A stretch of DNA of 64,000 nt from NCBI GenBank assembly GCA_029557905.1, contig JAKQHR010000015.1, positions 1,557-65,556 of the forward strand, given 5' to 3'. Positions 36,347 to 47,542 of the stretch are shown piece by piece. Position 1 is the stretch's first letter; every line of letters starts with the position of its first letter. The position numbers and the translations under genes were made by a program. The notes beneath the pieces are model-generated. The model ran no database searches, had not been told where the DNA came from, and was given only the letters and a program-made list of their open reading frames with translations. This stretch comes from Verrucomicrobiota bacterium (GTDB taxonomy: Bacteria > Verrucomicrobiota > Kiritimatiellia > JAKQHR01).

Positions 36347-38293
36347 ATGGAAGAACATAAAGATGCTCCGCAGAAAGAAGCCGGTCCTCCGCAGCAGAAG
36401 ATGCCGTTCCGCGGGATGGCGGTCTGGTTCCTGCTGATTGCCCTTTTCCTGACGCTTTTCCAGGTGTTCTCGCAGCGTCAGGTCAAATACGAGGAAATCG
36501 CATGGAGTCCCGCGTTTGTGGACCTGGTCAAGAACAACCGGATTCGCGACTGCGAAATTGTGCGCGATCTGGCGGGAAACAATGAATATATCCGCGGGAA
36601 GAAGCTGGATGGAAGCAAGGTCACGCATTTTCGCGTGAACACCATTGTCACGGAGTACACGCAGAAATGGCTGGATGAGAACGGGGTCAGCTATCAGTAC
36701 AAATCGCAGAACCCCTATCTGTGGCAGATCATCTCCAGTGCGATTCCCCTGCTGCTTTTCATCGGCCTGCTGTACTTCTTCTTCATCCGGCAGATGAAAA
36801 TGGCCGGCCGCGGCGCCATGAGTTTCGGCAAGAGCCGCGCGCGCATGCTGACCCGCGACCGCAACCTGATCACCTTCAAGGATGTCGCGGGCATTGACGA
36901 GGCCGAGGAGGAGGTGCAGGAGATCATCGAGTTCCTGAAGGATCCCAAGCGCTTCACCAAGCTGGGCGGCCGCATCCCGAAAGGCGTGATGCTGGTCGGG
37001 GCCCCCGGCACCGGCAAGACGCTCCTCGCCAAGGCCATCGCCGGCGAGGCCAAGGTGCCGTTCTTCAGCATCAGCGGCTCGGACTTTGTGGAAATGTTCG
37101 TGGGCGTGGGCGCATCGCGCGTTCGCGACATGTTCCAGCAGGGGAAGAAGCACGCGCCGTGCATCATCTTCATTGATGAAATTGACGCGGTCGGCCGCAG
37201 CCGCTTCAGCGGTATCGGGGGCGGGCATGATGAACGCGAGCAGACGCTGAACGCGCTGCTGGTGGAGATGGACGGTTTTGAGACCCAGGAGGGCGTGATC
37301 ATCGTGGCCGCGACGAACCGCCCGGATGTGCTGGACAACGCCCTGCTGCGGCCCGGCCGTTTCGACCGGCAGATCGTGGTGGACCTCCCGGACCAGACCG
37401 GCCGCGAGAACATTTTAAAGATTCATTCCAAAAAAGTGAAGCTGGGCGCCACCGCCGACCTGCGCCGGGTGGCGCGGGGCACTCCGGGTTTTTCGGGCGC
37501 GGATCTGGCCAACCTGATCAACGAGAGCGCTCTGCTGGCGGCGCGGCGCGGCGCATCGGCCATTGAAATGAAGGATATGGAAGAGGCGCGCGACAAGGTC
37601 CGCTGGGGACGCGAAAGGCGGTCCCGCCGGCTCGACGAGAAAGAGCGCCGCCTGACGGCCTATCACGAGGCCGGTCACGCCATTGTGCTGGCGATGATGA
37701 AGGAGACAGAGCCGCTGCACAAGGTGACCATTATCCCGCGCGGCATGGCCCTGGGCGCCACGATGCAGCTGCCCGAGAAAGACCGCTACACCCAGACCCG
37801 TCAGAGCCTGCTGGACATGATTGCCGGCATGATGGGCGGGCGCTCGGCCGAAGAAATCGTCTTCAACGACATCACCACGGGCGCGCAGAGCGACATCAAG
37901 CAGTCCACCCACATCGCCCGCATGATGGTGTGCAACTGGGGCATGAGCGACGTGCTGGGCCCGCAGAGTTTCGGCAAGGGAGAGGAACTTCTTTTTCTCG
38001 GCCGCGAAGTGGCCCGTTCGCAGGATCACAGCGAGGAAACCTCCCGGAAAATTGACGCCGAAGTCAGCCGCATCATCAATGAGGGACATGAGCGTGCGCT
38101 GACGGTGCTGCGCGATCACCGCGAGCATCTGGACAAACTGGCCGGCATTCTGCTGGAGCGCGAAACCGTCGAAGGATTTGAAGTGGAGGAAATCCTTAAG
38201 CACGGGCGCATCCTGGACGAAGCGGAGCGGGCGGAAATCCGGAATCGCGAGAATCCGGCCGTGCCTGCGGATGAGCCGCCCGCCGCGGGATAG
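36347..38293 (+). CDS. ftsH: ATP-dependent zinc metalloprotease FtsH
   Basis: Two [28 protein letters not shown] and AYHEAGH. Confidence 0.98.
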   Translation: MEEHKDAPQKEAGPPQQKMPFRGMAVWFLLIALFLTLFQVFSQRQVKYEEIAWSPAFVDLVKNNRIRDCEIVRDLAGNNEYIRGKKLDGSKVTHFRVNTIVTEYTQKWLDENGVSYQYKSQNPYLWQIISSAIPLLLFIGLLYFFFIRQMKMAGRGAMSFGKSRARMLTRDRNLITFKDVAGIDEAEEEVQEIIEFLKDPKRFTKLGGRIPKGVMLVGAPGTGKTLLAKAIAGEAKVPFFSISGSDFVEMFVGVGASRVRDMFQQGKKHAPCIIFIDEIDAVGRSRFSGIGGGHDEREQTLNALLVEMDGFETQEGVIIVAATNRPDVLDNALLRPGRFDRQIVVDLPDQTGRENILKIHSKKVKLGATADLRRVARGTPGFSGADLANLINESALLAARRGASAIEMKDMEEARDKVRWGRERRSRRLDEKERRLTAYHEAGHAIVLAMMKETEPLHKVTIIPRGMALGATMQLPEKDRYTQTRQSLLDMIAGMMGGRSAEEIVFNDITTGAQSDIKQSTHIARMMVCNWGMSDVLGPQSFGKGEELLFLGREVARSQDHSEETSRKIDAEVSRIINEGHERALTVLRDHREHLDKLAGILLERETVEGFEVEEILKHGRILDEAERAEIRNRENPAVPADEPPAAG

Positions 38294-38306
38294 GAGTCCG
38301 CCGCGC

Positions 38307-39182
38307 ATGCGCAGAACCTGCCAGTGGAAATGCCGTGATCGAACCCTCGCCTGCGGCTCGCGCACACTGATCATGGGCATCCTTAACGTGACGCCCGACT
38401 CGTTTTCCGACGGGGGCCTGTATCGTTTCGCGCCCGATGCCGCGGCGCATGCGCTGGACATGGAGGCGGATGGCGCCGCCATAATCGATATTGGCGGAGA
38501 GTCCACGCGTCCGGGGGCGGCAGAAGTGCCTGCGGATGAAGAGCTGGGGCGGGTCATTCCGGTCATCCGCATGCTGGCGGGGAAAACCCGCTGCGCGCTT
38601 TCGATTGACACCACCAAAGCCCGGGTGGCCCGGGCGGCGCTGGAAGCCGGATGCCACATCGTGAACGACATTTCCGCGGGCGCCGCTGATCCGGAGATGC
38701 TCTCCGTGGTTCGGGAGTCCGGCGCCGGCTATATTCTGATGCACATGCAGGGCACTCCGCGCACCATGCAGCAGAATCCGGTTTATGAGAATGTGCTGGA
38801 AGAGGTCTGCCGCCTGCTTTCCGACCGGTCGGAGGCCTGCCTGGCGGCCGGCGTGGCGCATGAGGCGCTGGCGCTGGATCCGGGCATCGGATTCGGGAAA
38901 ACCGTGGACCACAATCTCGACCTTCTGGCCGGGCTGGATCGCCTGGCCGCGCTCGGATTCCCTGTCGTGGCGGGCCTGTCGCGGAAGAGTTTTCTCGGGG
39001 TGCTGACCGGCGCCGGTCCGTCGGGCCGGCTGGCGGGAGGGCTTGCGGCGATGGCCTTTGCGGCGGCTCATGGCGCCGCGGTTTTACGCGTGCATGATGT
39101 AAAGGAGTCTTGCGATGCCGCCCGCGTTGTGGATATACTGCTCGCGCATGAACAGGATATGAAAGAATGCCGGAAATCATAG
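38307..39182 (+). CDS. folP: Dihydropteroate synthase
   Basis: MGILNVTPDSFSDGG, DIGGESTRPG, DPGIGFGK, SRKSF and LRVHDV. Confidence 0.96.
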   Translation: MRRTCQWKCRDRTLACGSRTLIMGILNVTPDSFSDGGLYRFAPDAAAHALDMEADGAAIIDIGGESTRPGAAEVPADEELGRVIPVIRMLAGKTRCALSIDTTKARVARAALEAGCHIVNDISAGAADPEMLSVVRESGAGYILMHMQGTPRTMQQNPVYENVLEEVCRLLSDRSEACLAAGVAHEALALDPGIGFGKTVDHNLDLLAGLDRLAALGFPVVAGLSRKSFLGVLTGAGPSGRLAGGLAAMAFAAAHGAAVLRVHDVKESCDAARVVDILLAHEQDMKECRKS

Positions 39183-40027
39183 CCCAGATTATCACGCCGA
39201 TGCTGGAAATGCTCGTGCTCGCTGTGATGTATTACTATGTGTTCCTCTTTCTGCGGGGCACACGCGGCTGGCAGATGCTGGTCGCTTTTGTGGTCGCTCT
39301 GCTGGTCCTGCAGTTTGTGACGGAGTTCTTCCATTTGACCACCCTGAACTGGGTGCTAGCGAAGTTCACGGCCTATATAGCCATCGCGTTCATTGTGATC
39401 TTCCAGCCTGAAATCCGGCGTGCGCTTGCCGAACTGGGCAAACAGCATGTGTTCGCGGGCACACAGCGCGAGAGAGGCCTGTGCGATCATCTGGTGCAGG
39501 CCACCCTGATGCTGGCCGAACGGAAAATCGGCGCGCTGATAGCCGTGGAGCAGGAAATCGGCATGCGGACCATTCAGGAAACGGGCACCCCCCTTGACGC
39601 CCGCGTCACGCCCGAACTGCTCTCCACCATTTTCTATCCGGGCACGCCGCTGCATGACGGCGGGGTGCTGGTCCGCGAAAACCGCGTTGTGGCGGCCGGC
39701 TGCCTCTTCCCCCTTTCGCAGCGTGTCGAGCTGGGACGTTCTCTGGGCACGCGGCACCGTGCCGCCATCGGACTGACGGAGGAGACTGATGCCGTTGTGC
39801 TCGTGGTTTCAGAAGAAACCGGCACCATCTCCATCGCCTATCGCGGGCGCCTCCTGCGCCCGCTTGACGAAGACAAGCTGCGCCGGATCCTGACGCGCAT
39901 CATGCTGCGCAGCCGCAAGGGGAAGAGCCGGATCAACCGTGTGCAGGAACTGCTGGATCTCAGCCCGGACGGCGTGGCCAAAACCGAGGTGATCTCATCG
40001 GAGCAGGGAGGGGCGGATGCCGTTTGA
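39167..40027 (+). CDS. cdaA: Diadenylate cyclase CdaA
   Basis: Three TM, FQPEIRRAL, PLHDGG and LGTRHRAA. Confidence 0.93.
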   Translation: MPEIIAQIITPMLEMLVLAVMYYYVFLFLRGTRGWQMLVAFVVALLVLQFVTEFFHLTTLNWVLAKFTAYIAIAFIVIFQPEIRRALAELGKQHVFAGTQRERGLCDHLVQATLMLAERKIGALIAVEQEIGMRTIQETGTPLDARVTPELLSTIFYPGTPLHDGGVLVRENRVVAAGCLFPLSQRVELGRSLGTRHRAAIGLTEETDAVVLVVSEETGTISIAYRGRLLRPLDEDKLRRILTRIMLRSRKGKSRINRVQELLDLSPDGVAKTEVISSEQGGADAV

Positions 40028-40958
40028 ATCGAGAATTCCCGAATGGCTGCGCAGCAATTTCGCAGCCAAGCTGGGCGCGGTGCTGCTGGCGGTTGGCACA
40101 TGGTTCATCATTGACAGCATCATCAGCAACAAGGAACTGCTTTCCGATGTTCCGCTGGTGATTCGCACCGGGGAGGGGCTCGCCGTGCTGAAGCGTTCCG
40201 TGGACTCGGTGGACGTCGTGTTCCGCGGATCGCGCGAAGATATACAGCGCCTGAAGCGGGGAGAGGTTTCTGTGGAAATTTCAACTGGCGAGGCCTCCGG
40301 CAGGACCGTCATTCGCCTGAAGCCGGAGCATGTGAAGGCGCCCCGGGGCTGCCGTGTGGTCTCGATGGACCCCGAGACGGTGGATGTGGAACTCGATCGC
40401 GAAGATGAGAAGAAGGTGCCTGTGCGGCCGGTGACGGAAGATGCGCTGCCGGACGGCTATGTGCTTGATAAACTCATCCCGACACCCACCAACGTCACAA
40501 TCCGCGGGCCTGTTGGACAGCTTAAGGATGTGAAGGAAATCAGGACGCGTCCCATATCGCTCAAGGGGCGCAACGGCACTTTTCGCGAGCGTATTGCACT
40601 TGCTGCTCCATCGGACATATGGGATGCGCGCATGGATCCCGAGCGGGTGATGGTGGAGGCGGCTATTGTTGAGCACACCTCGGAAAAGCTCGTGGAGGCC
40701 GTTCCTGTTTCGGCCATGGTGGGAACAGGTTCCCGGCTTTTAATCCGCGTTGAGCCATCGCATGTGAATATCACGCTGAAAGGCGGTGAAGATATTCTGA
40801 AGGAGGCTGATGTCACCCGCATCAGCGCCTATGTGGACTGTTCCGGCATGGATGCCGGAGCCTCTTCCGTGCTCCCGGTCAAGGTTGTTCCGCTGCCGCG
40901 CATCGCCGTGGACCGCGTCGAGCCGGATGTCGTCAATGTGGAGGTTGGTGTCCGGTGA
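40017..40958 (+). CDS. cdaR: CdaR / YbbR-like regulator
   Basis: One TM plus repeated YbbR-like beta domains; overlaps the cdaA stop. Confidence 0.85.
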   Translation: MPFESRIPEWLRSNFAAKLGAVLLAVGTWFIIDSIISNKELLSDVPLVIRTGEGLAVLKRSVDSVDVVFRGSREDIQRLKRGEVSVEISTGEASGRTVIRLKPEHVKAPRGCRVVSMDPETVDVELDREDEKKVPVRPVTEDALPDGYVLDKLIPTPTNVTIRGPVGQLKDVKEIRTRPISLKGRNGTFRERIALAAPSDIWDARMDPERVMVEAAIVEHTSEKLVEAVPVSAMVGTGSRLLIRVEPSHVNITLKGGEDILKEADVTRISAYVDCSGMDAGASSVLPVKVVPLPRIAVDRVEPDVVNVEVGVR

Positions 40959-41569
40959 AGAGGGGGCGGGGCAGGAACGGCCGGCGCACCTTTCTGGTTC
41001 TGGCTGTCGTGGCGCTGCCCGTATTGAGGGCATATTCTCAGCCCGCCAATGCCGTGCCCGCGGACAGCTGGGCGGAAACCGCCTATATCGCGATGAACAA
41101 GGGCAACACGGCCGAAGCCATATCCCTGTTCAAGGATGCGCTGAAAGCCGATCCAAAATCCCGCAACGCATGGTTTGGCCTGGCCACGGTGCATATCCAG
41201 ATCAGGGATTACGCCACGGCGGAGAAAATTCTGCTGAAGCTGGCGCAGGCTTATCCAGAGGATTATGCCATCAGGAACAATATCGCATGGATGTATGCGA
41301 CCGCCGAGAATCCGAAGTTCCGGAATGCGGAGAAGGCCGTGAAATGGGCCCGTGACGCGGTTTTCCTTTCCCCGCTGAGTCCGGAGCTGTGGAGCACGCT
41401 TTCCGAGGCGCATTATCTGGCGGGTGATTACGAGAAGGCCTTCAGGGCGGTTGAACATGTGATGGATATCGCGCCGCGCGAGAAGCTTTCCCGTGAACAG
41501 GCGCGTATTTATGCTGAACAGTACACGAAATGCAAGAAGGCAAAAGAGGCTATGTCTCTCATACCCTAG
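40955..41569 (+). CDS. Exported TPR protein
   Basis: Signal peptide; TPR helices; NNIAWMYAT and STLSEAHY patterns. Confidence 0.8.
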   Translation: MKRGRGRNGRRTFLVLAVVALPVLRAYSQPANAVPADSWAETAYIAMNKGNTAEAISLFKDALKADPKSRNAWFGLATVHIQIRDYATAEKILLKLAQAYPEDYAIRNNIAWMYATAENPKFRNAEKAVKWARDAVFLSPLSPELWSTLSEAHYLAGDYEKAFRAVEHVMDIAPREKLSREQARIYAEQYTKCKKAKEAMSLIP

Positions 41570-41658
41570 ACGGGAAGAGCGCGGATTCATTTCAGAAAGA
41601 TTGACTGTTTTGCGCCGTGCATCTAGAGTACGGATTTAATACGGAGGAAAAGACAGGC

Positions 41659-43701
41659 ATGAGAACAGAACTTTTGATTGCGGCATTCGGTGCGGGTCTT
41701 GCAGCGATTGTTTTCGCGCTGTGGAAGACCGCTTGGATCAACAGGCAGTCCCCCGGGACAGAACGCATGCAGGAAATCGGATCTGCCGTACGCGAGGGTG
41801 CCATGGCCTTTCTTAACCGTGAATACAAAGTCCTGGCTGTCTTTGTCCTGGCCGTGGCGCTTCTGATGCTTTTTGCCTATGAAGGCGCCCAGAAACTTGT
41901 GGCTCTGTCGTTTGTCGTGGGCGCGGTATGCTCTTCGCTGGCCGGCTGGTTCGGCATGCGGGTTGCCACTGCGGCCAACATGCGCACCACGGAAGGCGCG
42001 CGGCACGGCCTGCAGCCCGCCCTGCGGGTGGCCTTCTCCGGCGGAACAGTCATGGGCATGAGCGTGGTGGGACTGGCCATGCTGGGCCTTTCGGGCCTTT
42101 TCATTGTCTATACCAGAAAATTCGGGACGGAGCTTTCTGCTCTCAAGGGAACCATTCTTCCTGTGATCACGGGTTTCTCCTTCGGCGCCAGCTCCATTGC
42201 CTTGTTCGCCCGCGTGGGCGGAGGCATCTATACCAAGGCGGCGGATGTGGGGGCGGACCTTGTGGGCAAGGTGGAGGCGGGAATTCCGGAAGACGATCCC
42301 CGCAACCCGGCCACCATCGCCGACAATGTCGGAGATAACGTGGGCGACGTGGCCGGCATGGGCGCCGATCTTTTTGAATCCTATGTGGGCGCGATTGTGG
42401 GGGCCATGGTTCTGGGCGCGGCCGCCGGACAGGTCAAACTTGTGACGCTCCCGCTGGTTGTCGCGGGGATCGGGATCATTGTATCCATCGCAGGCACTTT
42501 CTTCGTCCGCACAAAGGAGGGCGGCAATCCGCAGACGGCCCTGAACATGGGGACCTTCGGCGCCGCCGTCATCATGGCGCTGCTTACCTGGCCCATCGTC
42601 ATGAAATTCGCGCCGGAACAGTTTGTACTGGGCGAAACGACATACAGCGCGGCCGGGATTTTCTGGGCCACCATCGCGGGTCTTGTGGCGGGTGTGGCTA
42701 TCGGCATGCTCACGGAGTACTACACGGCGGAGAACAAGCGCCCGGCGCAGAAAATCGCCGAAGCCTCCGAAACGGGATCCGCCACCAATATCATTGCGGG
42801 ACTGGGCACAGGAATGCTTTCCACGGCCCTGCCCATTCTGTGCATTGGCGTGGCCATTGTGCTTTCTTTCCGGTTTGCGGGGCTCTATGGAATCGCTATT
42901 GCCGCTCTCGGCATGCTGGCGACCACCGGCATTCAGCTCGCGGTGGATGCTTATGGCCCGATTGCCGACAATGCGGGCGGTCTGGCGGAAATGGCCAAAC
43001 TGGAGCCGGAAGTCCGGAAGAGAACGGACAAGCTTGATGCCGTCGGGAACACGACCGCGGCCATTGGCAAGGGTTTTGCCATTGGTTCCGCCGCGCTGAC
43101 GGCCCTCGCGCTTTTTGCCGCTTTCATGGAAACGGCCGGGCTGAAAGTCATTGATGTCAGCAAGCCGATGGTCATGGCCGGCCTGTTTCTGGGCGGCATG
43201 CTCCCGTTCCTGTTTTCTTCCCTCGCGATGGGCGCTGTGGGCCGCGCAGCCTATGCCATGATTGAAGAGGTTCGGCGCCAGTTTCGTGAGATCCCGGGCC
43301 TTCTTGACGGCAATGCAAAAGCGGAATATGCCAAGTGCGTGGACATATCCACCAAGGCCGCAATCAGGGAAATGGTGCTGCCCGGCCTGCTGGCCGTGCT
43401 GACCCCGGTGCTGGTCGGGTTTGTATTCGGCCCCGAGATGCTGGGCGGCGTACTGGCCGGCGTAACCGTGTCGGGGGTGATGCTGGCGCTGTTTATGTCA
43501 AACGCCGGCGGCGCCTGGGACAACGCCAAAAAACATATTGAGGCTGGAAACTTTGGCGGCAAGGGCTCAGAAGCACACAAGGCGGCGGTTACGGGCGACA
43601 CGGTGGGCGACCCGTTCAAGGACACCGCCGGGCCCGCGCTGAATATCCTCATCAAGCTCATGAGCGTGGTGTCTCTGGTGATTGCCGCGCTGCTGGTCTA
43701 G
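41659..43701 (+). CDS. hppA: Membrane-bound pyrophosphatase, K+-dependent type (probably Na+-translocating)
   Basis: [21 protein letters not shown] and DNVGDNVGD; [10 protein letters not shown] has Ala at the K+-dependence position. Coupling ion is inferred. Confidence 0.93.
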   Translation: MRTELLIAAFGAGLAAIVFALWKTAWINRQSPGTERMQEIGSAVREGAMAFLNREYKVLAVFVLAVALLMLFAYEGAQKLVALSFVVGAVCSSLAGWFGMRVATAANMRTTEGARHGLQPALRVAFSGGTVMGMSVVGLAMLGLSGLFIVYTRKFGTELSALKGTILPVITGFSFGASSIALFARVGGGIYTKAADVGADLVGKVEAGIPEDDPRNPATIADNVGDNVGDVAGMGADLFESYVGAIVGAMVLGAAAGQVKLVTLPLVVAGIGIIVSIAGTFFVRTKEGGNPQTALNMGTFGAAVIMALLTWPIVMKFAPEQFVLGETTYSAAGIFWATIAGLVAGVAIGMLTEYYTAENKRPAQKIAEASETGSATNIIAGLGTGMLSTALPILCIGVAIVLSFRFAGLYGIAIAALGMLATTGIQLAVDAYGPIADNAGGLAEMAKLEPEVRKRTDKLDAVGNTTAAIGKGFAIGSAALTALALFAAFMETAGLKVIDVSKPMVMAGLFLGGMLPFLFSSLAMGAVGRAAYAMIEEVRRQFREIPGLLDGNAKAEYAKCVDISTKAAIREMVLPGLLAVLTPVLVGFVFGPEMLGGVLAGVTVSGVMLALFMSNAGGAWDNAKKHIEAGNFGGKGSEAHKAAVTGDTVGDPFKDTAGPALNILIKLMSVVSLVIAALLV

Positions 43702-43716
43702 CCGCCGAAGGGGAAC

Positions 43717-43793
43717 TGGTGGGCCCTGCAGGACTCGAACCTGCGACCAAAAGATTATGAGTCTTCCGCTCTGACCAACTGAGCTAAGGGCCC
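43717..43793 (-). tRNA. tRNA-Ile2 (CAU, lysidine type)
   Basis: GGGCCCTTAGCTCAG...CTCATAA...GGTTCGAGTCC...GGGCCCACCA. Paired first base and overall similarity fit the Ile2 type rather than fMet; elongator Met is not fully excluded. Confidence 0.88.
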
Positions 43794-43897
43794 GTTTGAG
43801 ATGAAGCAACCTACCCAATAACCGGGCGAATTGCAACCCCCGGATTGATTCGGGATTTCCTTGAAGCTGGACCTTTGACAGTGCAGAATGGCTTCAA

Positions 43898-44548
43898 ATG
43901 AACAGCCTTCGGATTCAGCCTGTGGTGTTCGGCGTGGCCGGGGGCACTGCGTCCGGAAAAACCACCGTGGCCAGAAAGATTCTTGAACAGGTGGGCGCCG
44001 GTCGCGTGGCCTATCTGCCGCACGACGCCTATTACCGCGACATGTCGCACCTTCCGGTGGCAGAGCGGTCCCGGATGAACTACGATCATCCCAACGCGCT
44101 CGAGACCAGCCTGCTGGTGACTCATATCCGGGAACTGCTGGAGGGCCGCGCCGTTCAGCTGCCGGTCTACAGCTTCGCGGACTACTGCCGGAAGGAGGAG
44201 ACGGTCGCCGTGGAGCCGGCCCCCGTCATACTGGTGGACGGCATTCTTATTCTCGCCGAGCCGGACCTCCGCGCGCTGATGGACATCAAGCTTTTCGTGG
44301 ACACAGATGCGGATGTGCGCCTCATCCGCCGCATGGAGCGCGACATCCGGGAGCGGGGACGGAGTCTGGACTCGACGGTGCAGCAGTATATGGAGACGGT
44401 GCGCCCCATGGATCTTGAATTTGTGCAGCCCAGCCGCCGGTATGGCGATGTGATCATCCCGGGCGGCGGCATGAACCGCGTGGCGATTGATATGGTGGTC
44501 CTTAAACTCCGGGATATTCTGCAGCAGCATGGAGTGGATTCGAAATGA
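43898..44548 (+). CDS. udk: Uridine kinase
   Basis: GVAGGTASGKTT, HDAYY, NYDHP, DADVRLIRR and FVQPSRRYGD. Confidence 0.93.
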   Translation: MNSLRIQPVVFGVAGGTASGKTTVARKILEQVGAGRVAYLPHDAYYRDMSHLPVAERSRMNYDHPNALETSLLVTHIRELLEGRAVQLPVYSFADYCRKEETVAVEPAPVILVDGILILAEPDLRALMDIKLFVDTDADVRLIRRMERDIRERGRSLDSTVQQYMETVRPMDLEFVQPSRRYGDVIIPGGGMNRVAIDMVVLKLRDILQQHGVDSK

Positions 44549-45564
44549 GCCTGAACGCGGGAAAAATTGATCAGGCGGCGCTGGAACGAATCCTGGCCTA
44601 TACCGGCACAGCCGATCCCCAGGTGCTGCTGGGACCCCGGTTTGGAGAGGATGCCGGCGTGGTGCGCCTGGGCCCCGGCGGGCTGGTGGCCGCCAGCGAT
44701 CCGGTGACACTGGCTTCGGAGCAGGTCGGCTGGTATGCCGTGCATATTAATGCGAATGATATTGCGGTGACCGGAGGAATTCCCCGCTGGTTTCTTTCGA
44801 CCATCCTGCTTCCCCCCAGCACGGCGGACGGCGTTCTGGAGCGCATATTCCTGCAGATCCACGATGCCTGCCGCGAACTGGCCGTCGCGGTGATTGGCGG
44901 GCACACGGAAGTTTCGATGAGCGTGCGCCAGCCGCTGGTGTGCGGCACCATGCTGGGCACGGTGGATCCGGATCGGATCATACGCACCGCCGGCGCGCGC
45001 ACGGGCGATGTCATCATCATGACCAAGGGCGTGTGCATCGAGGGCGCCGCTCTGCTGGCGCTGGACCGCCCGGTGGAATCGAAGTTTATTCTCGGGGAGG
45101 AGCGCTGGAAAAAAGTCTGCAACTACCTGCGTGAGCCCGGCATCAGTGTCCTCCGGGATGCCCGCATCGCCTGTGAAACCGCTGAAGTTCACGCCATGCA
45201 CGATCCGACCGAGGGCGGTCTGAACATGGGGCTCTACGAGATGGCCGTTTCGTCCGGCCTGGGGGTGGAGCTTGACGAGGACAGCATTCTGTTCATTGAC
45301 GATTCGGTGACGCTGTGTGAACGCTTTGCCATGGATCCGCTGCGGACTCTCACCAGCGGCACCCTGCTGATTGCGGTGGCGCCCGCTGAGGCGGACAGCC
45401 TGCTTGCGGCCTATCACAGAAAAAACATCCCGGCGGCCGTGATCGGGCGCATGGTGCCGGAGGGGTTCACTGTGTTCAGAAGGGGCCTGCGCTATCCGCT
45501 GGTCTGCAGCGCACAGGATGAAACCGTCAGCCTGATCAACCGCGAACTGTTCCCTGAACCATGA
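44545..45564 (+). CDS. AIR synthase-related protein (HypE/ThiL superfamily)
   Basis: GEDAG, SDPVT, NANDIA, GGHTE and MHDPTEGG. Confidence 0.85.
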   Translation: MSLNAGKIDQAALERILAYTGTADPQVLLGPRFGEDAGVVRLGPGGLVAASDPVTLASEQVGWYAVHINANDIAVTGGIPRWFLSTILLPPSTADGVLERIFLQIHDACRELAVAVIGGHTEVSMSVRQPLVCGTMLGTVDPDRIIRTAGARTGDVIIMTKGVCIEGAALLALDRPVESKFILGEERWKKVCNYLREPGISVLRDARIACETAEVHAMHDPTEGGLNMGLYEMAVSSGLGVELDEDSILFIDDSVTLCERFAMDPLRTLTSGTLLIAVAPAEADSLLAAYHRKNIPAAVIGRMVPEGFTVFRRGLRYPLVCSAQDETVSLINRELFPEP

Positions 45565-45995
45565 GCGAAGGAGAATTCAAAATGATGCTTCCGGATCTGC
45601 AGTCAAGCATTCTGTGCGACGATGTCCGCCAGGAACGGAACGGGAAGTTCATGCTGATAGGCCTCTTCGATGCCATTGCGGCCCACCAGCTCCCGGTGCG
45701 CTATCCCCGCCTCTTCATGGTCACCCGCTGGTGCAGCGGGGAGGGCAGTTTTATCCAGCAGACCCGCATTCTCAAGCCTGACCAGAGGACCCTCCTCATC
45801 GAGGGCAAGCATATCCCCGTAAAACTTCCGGCGGAAGACACCACGGCAACCAACGTGGAGGTTTTTGTGAACGTGGAGTTTGCCGAGGCCGGAACCCACT
45901 GGATCGAAATCCACCTCGATAACACCCTGAAAATCCGCTATCCGCTTCGCGTCAGCATCGTCCCTCATCCGGTGCCGCCGCCGCAGGCTTCGTGA
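45561..45995 (+). CDS. Conserved hypothetical (DUF6941-like)
   Basis: ILCDDVRQERNGKFMLIG pattern. Confidence 0.65.
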   Translation: MSEGEFKMMLPDLQSSILCDDVRQERNGKFMLIGLFDAIAAHQLPVRYPRLFMVTRWCSGEGSFIQQTRILKPDQRTLLIEGKHIPVKLPAEDTTATNVEVFVNVEFAEAGTHWIEIHLDNTLKIRYPLRVSIVPHPVPPPQAS

Positions 45996-46003
45996 TCCGC
46001 GGT

Positions 46004-46711
46004 CTATTCTGCCGGATTTTCGACCAGACGGATGGTGCGGGGCTTGGACGCCATTTTCACGAGGTTGTCAGATTCGGCCAGATGCTTCTGCAGCGCGCTG
46101 AGTGTGCTCGTGAAGTCGTTGGACGCCGCGATGGATTTGATGGTGCCCTCCACGGTTTTCTGAAGCTGGAGAACGCTGTCAATCTGCTGCTGAAGCCTGG
46201 TAACCTCGCCCAGTTTTTCCGCGACGGCGGCGCCGGCGGCTTCCATCTGCTTGCTGCTTTCGGCAAGAGTCTTCTGAAGCTCTGTTGTATGGCCCTTCAG
46301 GGCGCTGTCAATCTTTCCGGCGCTGCTGTCCAGCGAGCCCAGACTGGTTTCAAAAGACTTGGCGCCGGCTTTCAGCTTGTCGGCCAGGACATCCCCGGCC
46401 CCCTTGGAGGCCTCCGTGACGGCCGATGACATTTTTTCGACATGAGTCTTCAGGGCGGATTCCAGTTTCTCGGCGGCGGCCTTGAAAGCCGCAACCTGCG
46501 TGCCGAATTCCTTCGCCCCGGCCTGCAGCTGGGAGGACAGATCCCTGCCGGCATCTTCGAGCGCCGATTTCACGGTCGAGGCCATCTTGTCCGGCTGGGG
46601 GATGTAGTTCTTGAAGGCCTGGTCAATGGCTGTGCCGATGGCTCCCGAGAGATCCTCAACAGTGATGACGGTTCCGGGCAACGTTTTCCTGAACAGTGAA
46701 AATGCGCACAT
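46004..46711 (-). CDS. Hypothetical helical / coiled-coil protein
   Basis: Strong RBS GGAGG before ATG; Ala/Ser/Lys-rich amphipathic helical repeats. Confidence 0.7.
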   Translation of the reverse strand: MCAFSLFRKTLPGTVITVEDLSGAIGTAIDQAFKNYIPQPDKMASTVKSALEDAGRDLSSQLQAGAKEFGTQVAAFKAAAEKLESALKTHVEKMSSAVTEASKGAGDVLADKLKAGAKSFETSLGSLDSSAGKIDSALKGHTTELQKTLAESSKQMEAAGAAVAEKLGEVTRLQQQIDSVLQLQKTVEGTIKSIAASNDFTSTLSALQKHLAESDNLVKMASKPRTIRLVENPAE

Positions 46712-46776
46712 AGTGCCTCCTGCTTATAAGCTGTTTACCTTTCCAACAGCCGTGATAGTATACAAACCGTCCGGTC

Positions 46777-47487
46777 ATGGTAAGCATAAAAACGGAGAAA
46801 ATCGTGGCGACGGCAAAAACAGCGCTGCTGATGGGGGGGATGATGCTGCTGTACGGATGCGGCGGCCCGCAGAATGCGGTTCGCATTGGACATCGGAAGC
46901 ACGTGCTTTGTCCTGTGCCTGCCCCGGCCGGCGGCGCCGCGTTTCTGATGGGAAGCCTCGAAATCTCGGTTGCCGAATACGCGGCTTACCTCAATGAGAA
47001 TCCCCCGGCGAAGCAGCACCCCCAAATCGTCTGCGCCCCAAAAGGCTGCAGGCCCAGCCGCGGGCTGGACAAGCATCCTGCCGCTCATGTTTCACGAACT
47101 GAAGCGGAGAATTTCTGCTACTGGCTGTCACGGAAAACAGGCCGCACCGTGCGGCTGCCAACCGCCGCTGAATGGGAGCATGCCGCCCGCGGAGGAATCA
47201 ACGGGTCGGACTATCCCTGGGGCTGGGGCAGTCCGTCCAGCAACGCCTGCTTCAGGACCGAAGGCCCGGTTGAATGCGGGCAGTATGATCCGAATCCGTA
47301 CGGCCTCCATGACATGGCCGGCAACGTGGCCGAATGGTGCTCTGACAACGCAGGCAGTCAGCTGGTGGCTCTTGGCGGAAGCTGGGCCGAGCGGAGCGAG
47401 GAACTCCTGCGCGTTGACCGATGCACGCTCTTCCCCCCGGACTACAGCGATGCGGACGTCGGCTTCCGGATTCTGGTCGAGAGATGA
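46777..47487 (+). CDS. FGE-sulfatase (SUMF1-like) domain lipoprotein
   Basis: LYGC lipobox; RLPTAAEWEHAARGG and YGLHDMAGNVAEW. Confidence 0.87.
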   Translation: MVSIKTEKIVATAKTALLMGGMMLLYGCGGPQNAVRIGHRKHVLCPVPAPAGGAAFLMGSLEISVAEYAAYLNENPPAKQHPQIVCAPKGCRPSRGLDKHPAAHVSRTEAENFCYWLSRKTGRTVRLPTAAEWEHAARGGINGSDYPWGWGSPSSNACFRTEGPVECGQYDPNPYGLHDMAGNVAEWCSDNAGSQLVALGGSWAERSEELLRVDRCTLFPPDYSDADVGFRILVER

Positions 47488-47542
47488 TGTCTCCGGCGGG
47501 ACAGTTCTCCCTCCGGCACCCGGAGAAACAAGCGCGCCGGCT

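Noticed and set aside
43717-43793. Initiator tRNA-fMet
   Set aside because: The first base pair is matched and the three consecutive G-C pairs of the anticodon stem are absent.
46004-46711. ZorA/ZorB (Zorya) defence component
   Set aside because: No MotA-like TM region and no MotB/OmpA partner nearby.
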